This document shows positions 56,838-64,000 of a stretch of 64,000 nt of DNA, one piece after another. A program made the translations under genes and the position numbers. The notes below the pieces were generated by a model that searched no databases, was not told the DNA's origin, and saw nothing but the letters and a program-made list of their open reading frames with translations. Source of the DNA: a bacterium (lineage in GTDB: Bacteria > SAR324 > NAC60-12); NCBI GenBank assembly GCA_965233585.1, contig CBDDTI010000745.1:96001-160000 (forward strand), written 5' to 3'. Position 1 is the first letter of the stretch, and each line of letters starts with the position of its first letter.

Positions 56838-57378
56838 CAAAAACCTTTCACAGAATTATGAAAGATTTGGCAAGAATACACAAAACTCATCACTTATGCA
56901 AGTCTTTTTTTAATCTTGGTGAGATGAGTTGAAAAATACCAAATCATTTTTGGAAAAGGTGTGATAGCATTTTGCTGTTTTTTGACTTCTGACAAATTGA
57001 CTGATGAATCGTCTCATTTACTACACATATTTTGCCTTCTTTGCCTTGGGTGCAGGAGTCGCAGAAGCAGGGATTACACTAGTTTGGTTTGATGAATTTT
57101 TCCCTTTATGGAGCAAGGAAACCATTTTATTCACAAGGTTTGCAGGGTCGTTGATTGGTGGGGCTTTCTTGATTGCCAAATTCAATCTTTCTCGGTTTTC
57201 TTATGGCACACTAGGTCTGGCACATTTGCTATTGCTTGTTCCGTCTGATGAAACAGGGATTTTTGCTTTTTTTATGCGTGGCGTTGCAGGAATCATCTTG
57301 GTCATTTTTCATAACACACAGATTGCCATCTTGATTGAGAATTTGGAGAAGCGTCAGAAGGTGATGAATCTGGCTCAG
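56838..57378. repeat. Direct repeat copy B: promoter P3 plus 5' part of the intact MFS gene
   Basis: Matches 54773-55313; minus-strand TTGCAT-N17-TATTCT at 56901-56873. Confidence 0.95.
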
Positions 57379-58134
57379 TTGATGTTTGGTTTAGGTGCTG
57401 CCTTCTTTCCATTGATGATGTTTGTCCTCAGCTGGCTTGGCACACAGCTTTCTACAATCATCACTTTGAGCATGATTTGCCTTGCAACTACCTATTTTGT
57501 CTTAGCCTTTTTATTTAAAGGCTGCTACGACTCCCAAACAGAAGAAAAAAGAAGCCAGCAAGAAGGTCAAACCAGCAAGCTCAATCTTGCTTTTTTAGGA
57601 ATTTACGTCAGCGTCTTTTTCATGTATGCAGGCATAGAAAACGGGTTGGCGGGATATTTACACTCGTGGGTTCTGGAGTATTTGACCTTTGATGCAGAGT
57701 ATGAAACGTATTTAATTTATTCGTTGTTTTGGCTATGCCTTGCGATAGGCAGACTTTGGGGGTATTTTTTGGGTTTCAGAATGTCTTCCTTTCAGATTGT
57801 CATGCTGAATAGTGTTGGAATGCTGGCAGGGGCAGGTTTAGTCATTTCTGGGCAAATTGTTATAGGTGTCATGTTGCTTGCTTTGAATATAGGACCAATG
57901 TTTGCCAACCTCTATTTATTGGTATATCGCACTTGTGGAACAACTGAGCAAATTTCTGCTTCTACCATGACTGCCAGCGGTTTAGGGTCTATGTTGATTG
58001 GCTCACAACTCAATCGCGTCCTAGATTTCTTTTTCCAAACAATTATCCTGCTGATTGTGATAATGACCTCCCTGATTCTTTTTGCAGAGATGAAGTATAA
58101 GCACAAAATGGCATCAACGCACAGAGGTCATTGA
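57004..58134 (+). CDS. MFS transporter (divergent, FucP/TsgA-like)
   Basis: About 12 hydrophobic segments, FGLGAAFFP, FFMYAGIENG, FW..LAIGR. Confidence 0.8.
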   Translation: MNRLIYYTYFAFFALGAGVAEAGITLVWFDEFFPLWSKETILFTRFAGSLIGGAFLIAKFNLSRFSYGTLGLAHLLLLVPSDETGIFAFFMRGVAGIILVIFHNTQIAILIENLEKRQKVMNLAQLMFGLGAAFFPLMMFVLSWLGTQLSTIITLSMICLATTYFVLAFLFKGCYDSQTEEKRSQQEGQTSKLNLAFLGIYVSVFFMYAGIENGLAGYLHSWVLEYLTFDAEYETYLIYSLFWLCLAIGRLWGYFLGFRMSSFQIVMLNSVGMLAGAGLVISGQIVIGVMLLALNIGPMFANLYLLVYRTCGTTEQISASTMTASGLGSMLIGSQLNRVLDFFFQTIILLIVIMTSLILFAEMKYKHKMASTHRGH

Positions 58135-58335
58135 CAGGTCAAGGTGAGCAATGACTAAAACGCAACCTCTCTCGGTCATTCCGTGCCTGACGCGGAATCT
58201 ATCACCAAACCAAGCACAGATTCCTAACATGACTGGATTCCTGCCTTCGCTCCGAATGACAAAAAAAGAGGCAAGAATGACCAAATGCAACACAGCAAAA
58301 TCCTCCTGTCATTGCTCACCTTGACCCGCAATCTC
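58135..58335. repeat. Cluster 5 of GTCAT-tagged palindromic repeats
   Basis: GTCATTCCGTGCCTGACGCGGAATCT, GGATTCCTGCCTTCGCTCCGAATGAC, GTCATTGCTCACCTTGACCCGCAATCT. Confidence 0.9.
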
Positions 58336-58583
58336 TTTTTTGTTCTTGTTTTATTTTTTTCTTTGCTTTGTTTCAACTTCTTCCTCTATCTTCCTTCAAA
58401 AAATGCTAGGGTTTTATTTTTTGAGTATTTTCAATTTAGGGGTAAAGATGTCAAAACGTTTAGATAGAGTAGAAAAAATCTTGGAAGAAGCTAGTGCCTT
58501 TGCTAAAGAGTACAAATGAAGGTTGAACAATGCAGTGAAATGCTATAGATTGTAGATTTTCTACTTTATTTATGGAGGTGTCT

Positions 58584-60158
58584 ATGCTGAACGCTATGTC
58601 TTTGGATCAAAAAATTGGTCAGTTGTTTATTCTTGCCTTTCCGACTAAGCAAATAGAACCAGTTTTACCTTTGATTCAAAAGTATCAAATTGGAGGTTGC
58701 TACATCAGTCAGGATAATGCGGCTACTTTTGAAGAAGCCAAACAACTCACACAGCAAATTCAAAGTGAGGCGTTAAAAGCTGACCCTAAATTGCCTTTGC
58801 TTTTAGGGGTAGATCAAGAAGGTGCATGGGGGATACTCATTCCTGAGTCAACGATAGGTCCCGGGAATTTAGCTCTGGGTGCTGGAAATGATTTGGAAAC
58901 GACCAAGAAAATGTACCAAATCTTTGCAGAAGAAATGGGGTCAGTAGGCTATCAAGTCAACCTTGCTCCTTGTTCAGATGTCAACTTAGACCCTAGAAAC
59001 CCAATTATTGGCACAAGGTCATTCGGGCAATGTCCAGAGTTAGTTGCAAAGCATGTGGCTGCTGCAGTAGAAGGAACTAAAAAAGGTGGGGGCATTTCTA
59101 CTGCCAAGCATTTTCCAGGACACGGGGACACTCATCTTTGCTCTCATAGAGAATTGCCTCAAGTGGATAAACCAAGAGAAGAGTTGATGAAGAATGAGTT
59201 TCTTCCTTTTCAAGCGGCAATAGATGCAGGTGTTGACCTCATTATGACTAGCCATATTTTATTTCCACAAATAGACCCAGACTATCCTACGACCCTTTCA
59301 TCAAAAATCTTGACAGACCTTTTGAGGCACAGCATGGGATTCAAAGGATTAATCATTACAGACAGCATGAACATGGGAGCGATGAAAAAAACGTATGACC
59401 CCCATAAATCTACACTTCAGGCACTTCAAGCTGGTGCTGATTTGGTCATGTTTTCTGAAGAGCATTATGACCATTCAGATGACTACTTTCAAAAACAAGT
59501 GGACACGATTGAAAGTGTGATTCATGCAGTCAAGAATGGAGAAATTTCATTGTCTTTGATTGAAAGTAAGGTAGAAAGAATGATTGATTTTAAACTCAAA
59601 AATTTACAAAAAAGAGAGTCTTTGAACTTGCTTTCAAAAAAAGAAAAACAAGAGATTGAGCAAAGGGCAGCGGTTAATGCCATTCAAGTTGTCAAAAATG
59701 AGAATCATTGCTTGCCTATTCGTTGGGAGGCGTCTGTTGCTGTTGTCAATGCAACACCTGTCAGTTCTTACAGTCGCCTAGTCAATTCTCGGGGTATTGG
59801 TCCTAATCAAGCTCAACCAGCTTATGAAGCCTTAAAAGAAACTTTGCAAACTTTCAAAACTGATGTTGCTTTTCTAAATTATGAGAAAATTATCGCAGAC
59901 TTGTCTTGCTTAGAACAATATCAAACTGTCATTGCAGTCACAGAAAACTACCCTTTACCAGGTGAAGATTTTGAGACAAAGGAACAGGTTCAGTTGATTC
60001 AAAAATTGGTCAGTCAGTACAGCCAAAAACTGGTTGTTGTTGGTTTGAGAAGCCCTGATGAGTTAATGGATTTTGAAGATGTTGCTTGCTATCTGACTTC
60101 GCATTCTAGTCGCACTTGTTCTGCTCAAGCTGTAGCCCGTTTTTTACTTGACAATTAA
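58584..60158 (+). CDS. GH3 beta-N-acetylhexosaminidase-like protein (two-domain)
   Basis: VDQEG, APCSDVN, RSFG, KHFPGHG, IMTSHI, ITDSMNM; GGAGG RBS before ATG 58584. Confidence 0.9.
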   Translation: MLNAMSLDQKIGQLFILAFPTKQIEPVLPLIQKYQIGGCYISQDNAATFEEAKQLTQQIQSEALKADPKLPLLLGVDQEGAWGILIPESTIGPGNLALGAGNDLETTKKMYQIFAEEMGSVGYQVNLAPCSDVNLDPRNPIIGTRSFGQCPELVAKHVAAAVEGTKKGGGISTAKHFPGHGDTHLCSHRELPQVDKPREELMKNEFLPFQAAIDAGVDLIMTSHILFPQIDPDYPTTLSSKILTDLLRHSMGFKGLIITDSMNMGAMKKTYDPHKSTLQALQAGADLVMFSEEHYDHSDDYFQKQVDTIESVIHAVKNGEISLSLIESKVERMIDFKLKNLQKRESLNLLSKKEKQEIEQRAAVNAIQVVKNENHCLPIRWEASVAVVNATPVSSYSRLVNSRGIGPNQAQPAYEALKETLQTFKTDVAFLNYEKIIADLSCLEQYQTVIAVTENYPLPGEDFETKEQVQLIQKLVSQYSQKLVVVGLRSPDELMDFEDVACYLTSHSSRTCSAQAVARFLLDN

Positions 60159-60210
60159 AAAATGTGTGATACACTGCTCATTTTTAACGCTAGAAGAGGT
60201 TGAGAGTATA

Positions 60211-61317
60211 ATGGATAAGTTATCGTACTTGTTAATGGTTGCAGGAACATTGATCAGTTTTGTTGGCTGTGGAGTCAGTGATACTAGCAAAGTAGAAACA
60301 TTGACTTTTCAATCTGAACGCACGGTTTCTGATTACACAACGTCAAGAGATGGTGACGTTACTGCATCTTTTTCGGGTCTTGAGAAAAATCTTGACCATG
60401 CAAATGGTGTAAGTGAATATAGCCAAGGAAGTCTTTTGAAACGTGGGACGTATGATGATTTTTTAACACAAATCAGGGTGTTTGAATCAAGCATTGATCC
60501 TAAAAAAGCTCAGTATTATACAGATAATTATGATAACCCTGCAGCGGTTCCATATCCTGAGGTAGAGTATCCCGGCAGAGTCATCAGAGATAACGCGGGT
60601 AATCCTGTCCGAAGCACAACTTCTATAAAAGGCTATTTTGAAAAATTAGGAATAGATCACCTTTACCAGAAGGGAACAACAGACCCAGAAGTTTTTAGAC
60701 AGATGCAATATGCTGTCATTAATTACTTGGGGTTTGTTGGCTATCAGTTTAGTGAACAAGATTTGTGGGTGTTGGGGTATTATGAGCATACAACGCCTCA
60801 TGGAGACCTTCCGATTATTTACTCAGATGTTCCTAATTCTGTTTGGGCAAATGGTGTGCGTTCTGTCATGAGGGAGGTGCCAGACTTTGGGCTGTCTATT
60901 GTTACAGATGTTAATACATGGGAGGGTATTTGGTTGGGTAAGCACGGAATCAACTCTTTCAAAGATTTGATAGACCCAGTCAAACAAGATTTTGTAGCCA
61001 AAGATCATTTCAAATATAAATACGATAGAATTGTTGAGTTCCTTGCTAAACATGAAAAAACAATTCAACAATATCTTGGAACAAAGTTGTACTGGGATAG
61101 ATGTATCCCCCCAGTTTCTCCGCCTCCGGGAGGAAGAAGTAATGAAGTGGTTGTGACTATGTCTGGTTTATTGGCTGGGGCGCATCTTAGAGGTGCGGCT
61201 GGAGTAGAAGCGTTGTTGATTGACCATGAAAACCATGCTGACGAAAATGGGACGACTATTTTGCAATATGTTCAAGATTTTGGAGGTTACCAGACCCCGT
61301 TTGGTTCAACTCATTAA
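60211..61317 (+). CDS. Lipoprotein with putative lysozyme-like domain
   Basis: Lipobox FVGC; FES, INYLGFVGYQF, SGLLAGAHLRGAAGV, DENGT..YVQDFGGY. Confidence 0.65.
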   Translation: MDKLSYLLMVAGTLISFVGCGVSDTSKVETLTFQSERTVSDYTTSRDGDVTASFSGLEKNLDHANGVSEYSQGSLLKRGTYDDFLTQIRVFESSIDPKKAQYYTDNYDNPAAVPYPEVEYPGRVIRDNAGNPVRSTTSIKGYFEKLGIDHLYQKGTTDPEVFRQMQYAVINYLGFVGYQFSEQDLWVLGYYEHTTPHGDLPIIYSDVPNSVWANGVRSVMREVPDFGLSIVTDVNTWEGIWLGKHGINSFKDLIDPVKQDFVAKDHFKYKYDRIVEFLAKHEKTIQQYLGTKLYWDRCIPPVSPPPGGRSNEVVVTMSGLLAGAHLRGAAGVEALLIDHENHADENGTTILQYVQDFGGYQTPFGSTH

Positions 61318-61391
61318 AAATTTCAACTTTTGTTATTTGCTCACATCACATGTGTGATGTGCTATTTAATCTTTCAATCAAAGAGGAAAAA

Positions 61392-62459
61392 ATGATGGAA
61401 ATCAAAAAATTGGTAGTTGCCACGTTCGCATCAGCTTTGGCTAGCTTTTCTTTTGCCCAAGGCTTGTTAGAGACTGAAGGACCCAATGGCAACAGTCCTG
61501 TGTCTCATTATACGATTGCTTTGTCCAGTTCCCAAAAGCAAAAAGTAGCCAAGAAAAACCTGAAGGCAGCAATCTTGATGCACGCTAGCTCTGACTTTTC
61601 TAACGCACTTGTTTCGGGGGCGAAGCAGGTTTTTGAAGATTTGGACATAGAAGTTGTTTTGACAACAGACGCAGGTTTTGATGCAAATAAGCAAAGAACA
61701 GACATTGAGAATGCACTTATTTTGAACCCAGACATCATTGTGACTTTGGTACTTGACCCCGTTTCAGGTGCAGCAGCCTTGAAACCTGCCATTGATGAAG
61801 GTGTCAAAGTTGTTTTAATCAGCAATTTACCTAAAGACTTTGTGCATGGAAGAGATTATGCTGCGATTGTCACAGACGATTTATTTGCAATGGGAAAGTC
61901 AGTTGCAGAATTGATGAACGACCATCTTGGAGGCTCTGGAAAAGTTGCTTTGCTGTACCATGATGCAAATTACTACGTCACTAACCAAAGAGACCAAGCT
62001 GTTGAAACTGTCTTAAAACGAAATTATCCAAACATAGAAATTGTTGCTAAAAGAGGAATTGCTAACCCCAATGATGGAGAAACGATTGCCTCAGCAATTA
62101 TTACTCAAAATCCAGATGTGGAAGCAATTTATGCCCCATGGGATACCATAGCAGAAGGCGTTGTTGCCGCTACTCGTGCCGCAGGAAGAAAAGACATTAA
62201 GGTTTACACAATGGATTTAGGAGAAAATAATGCTTTGGATTTAGCTAAAGGTGGGAATGTTGCAGGCATTGTTGCAGATTTACCATACGATCTTGGAGCG
62301 ACTTTAGCGAAAATTGGTGCATTGAGTGTGCTTGGACAAAAAACTCCGGCATTTGTGACCGTTCCTGCAGTCAAAGTGACTCAGGACAATTTGGAAGCCC
62401 GATGGGAACAGTCTCTACAACGTCCCCTTCCTATTGAAATCAGGAAAGTCCTAGACTAA
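61392..62459 (+). CDS. Sugar ABC transporter substrate-binding protein (RbsB-like)
   Basis: Signal peptide, TDAGFDANKQ..DIE, NPDVEAIYAPWD; upstream of a sugar ABC ATPase. Confidence 0.9.
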   Translation: MMEIKKLVVATFASALASFSFAQGLLETEGPNGNSPVSHYTIALSSSQKQKVAKKNLKAAILMHASSDFSNALVSGAKQVFEDLDIEVVLTTDAGFDANKQRTDIENALILNPDIIVTLVLDPVSGAAALKPAIDEGVKVVLISNLPKDFVHGRDYAAIVTDDLFAMGKSVAELMNDHLGGSGKVALLYHDANYYVTNQRDQAVETVLKRNYPNIEIVAKRGIANPNDGETIASAIITQNPDVEAIYAPWDTIAEGVVAATRAAGRKDIKVYTMDLGENNALDLAKGGNVAGIVADLPYDLGATLAKIGALSVLGQKTPAFVTVPAVKVTQDNLEARWEQSLQRPLPIEIRKVLD

Positions 62460-62470
62460 CTACTTCAAAA

Positions 62471-62493
62471 AGCCTCTCTTTGCCAGAGAGGCT
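62471..62493 (+). terminator. Stem-loop between binding protein and ATPase
   Basis: AGCCTCTCT-TTGCC-AGAGAGGCT followed by a pyrimidine-rich run. Confidence 0.6.
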
Positions 62494-62527
62494 CCTCCTT
62501 CCTCTTTTTAATTAAGCCTCTTATTCC

Positions 62528-64000
62528 ATGAATGCTCTAAGACTTCAAGATGTCAGTATTGGTTTTGGTGGTGTCCCTGTTCTTAAAAATATTTATTTTA
62601 GTTTAGAATCTGGGGAAGTACATGGCGTAGCAGGAAAAAACGGAGCAGGCAAATCTACCTTAATGAAAATTATTACTGGGATCAATCAAGTTGATACAGG
62701 TTCTATTTCCTTATTCGGGCAAAAGTTAGAAAAATTTTCTCCAGAGATTGCTATCAAAAAAGGGGTCGCTATGGTTTATCAAGATTTAAGCCTAGTGAGT
62801 TCGTTAACTGTCACTCAAAATATTTTCCTTTCTCATCACCCCTTCCAAAAATTCGGCATATTAAACGATAAAAAAGCAGACCAAGAAGCAATTCGTCTTT
62901 TGGAGATGCTTGGAGTGAGTTCTATTGACCCTAAAGCTAAGGTAGAAAGCCTGAGTGTAGGGCAATCTCAATTAGTTGAAATTGCCAAAGCACTTGCTAG
63001 TCAGCCAAAAATCTTGATATTAGATGAGCCTACTGCATCGCTTTCTTCTATGGAAATAGAACAACTCTTTCAATCTATACATGCCCTAAAACAAAAGCAA
63101 ATTTCCATTGTTTACATTACACACTATCTTGAAGATATTTTAAAAATCTGCGACAAAGTGACCGTTTTAAGAGATGGGGTTAATATTTTTACAAATGAAG
63201 TCAAGGAGACCTCCATCAAAGAGATTGTAGATGGAATGCTTGGTGAACAAGAAAATCTACAACAAAAAAACTGGAACAACCAAGAAACGTCTCACACAAA
63301 TCAAAAAATCTTGTTAGAGTTAAAAGAGGTCTCTAACCAGTCTATTTCTCAGGTCAATTTAAAAGTTCATGCAGGGGAAATTATTGGGTTAGCTGGTCTT
63401 TTAGGGAGTGGTAGAACAGAAATTTTAGAATTGATCTATGGTTTGGAGAGTCCCCAAAGCGGGCAAATTTTACTAGAAGACCAGAGTATTGCTGTTGCCT
63501 CTCCTAATCAGGCTTTAAATTATGGTATTAGCTTGTTGCCTGAAGAAAGAAGGACGCAAGGATTGGTTCTTGATTTTAGTATTGAACACAATCTAATTCT
63601 GCCTATCCTCAGAAGACTCAAAAAGTTACTGTTACTAGATGCTAAAAAAAGTAAGGATTTAGTTGATTATTACATTGATTACCTCAAAGTGAAAACGACA
63701 GGAAGAAACCAAGTGATTCGTTTTTTATCAGGAGGGAATCAACAAAAAGTGGTCATGGGAAAATGTCTGGCATCAAAGTCCAAAATCTTACTGCTTGATG
63801 ACCCTACCTTTGGTATTGACATCATGTCTAAAATTGAAATTATGAAAATTGTCAAAGAGTATGCTTTGAAAGGACATGGTGTGATTTTTGTCTCCTCTGA
63901 ATTTAAAGAAATTGCAGAGTTTTGCGACCGCACTTATATTGTGAAAAAGGGAAAAATTGTTAAAGAAATGTCTAATTCTTCTCTAACAGAAGAAAAAATT
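62528..64000 (+). CDS. Sugar ABC transporter ATP-binding protein (RbsA-like), 3' end outside window
   Basis: Translated by hand: GKNGAGKSTL, LDEPTASL, LSGGNQQKV, LDDPTFGID; no stop seen before the window end. Confidence 0.92.
   Translation, partial: MNALRLQDVSIGFGGVPVLKNIYFSLESGEVHGVAGKNGAGKSTLMKIITGINQVDTGSISLFGQKLEKFSPEIAIKKGVAMVYQDLSLVSSLTVTQNIFLSHHPFQKFGILNDKKADQEAIRLLEMLGVSSIDPKAKVESLSVGQSQLVEIAKALASQPKILILDEPTASLSSMEIEQLFQSIHALKQKQISIVYITHYLEDILKICDKVTVLRDGVNIFTNEVKETSIKEIVDGMLGEQENLQQKNWNNQETSHTNQKILLELKEVSNQSISQVNLKVHAGEIIGLAGLLGSGRTEILELIYGLESPQSGQILLEDQSIAVASPNQALNYGISLLPEERRTQGLVLDFSIEHNLILPILRRLKKLLLLDAKKSKDLVDYYIDYLKVKTTGRNQVIRFLSGGNQQKVVMGKCLASKSKILLLDDPTFGIDIMSKIEIMKIVKEYALKGHGVIFVSSEFKEIAEFCDRTYIVKKGKIVKEMSNSSLTEEKI

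Overview
Bacterial chromosomal segment, AT-rich (roughly 40% GC by eye), from a flagellated diderm. A deltaproteobacterial/SAR324-like origin is my impression only. The housekeeping backbone includes flagellin with a sigma-28 promoter, mtaB, hisE, ispD, gspD/gspK, murA, recA, proC, fliN and a phosphoglucomutase. Accessory material includes five clusters of GTCAT-tagged palindromic repeats, a 1236-aa repeat-rich surface lipoprotein, phosphonate biosynthesis genes (pepM, ppd), three toxin-antitoxin-type modules, a gamma-glutamylation catabolic operon with a TRAP transporter, and a NagZ-like/lysozyme-like/sugar ABC operon. The most striking structure lies at 46.3-57.4 kb, where one ~100-bp sigma70 promoter/leader occurs three times in direct orientation. 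Each copy sits in front of a different gene module: a TAXI transporter, the 8-kb catabolic operon, and two integron cassettes with clear attC sites but no integrase in the window. No rRNA, tRNA, CRISPR array or transposase was recognised. All calls come from reading motifs by eye; no searches were run.
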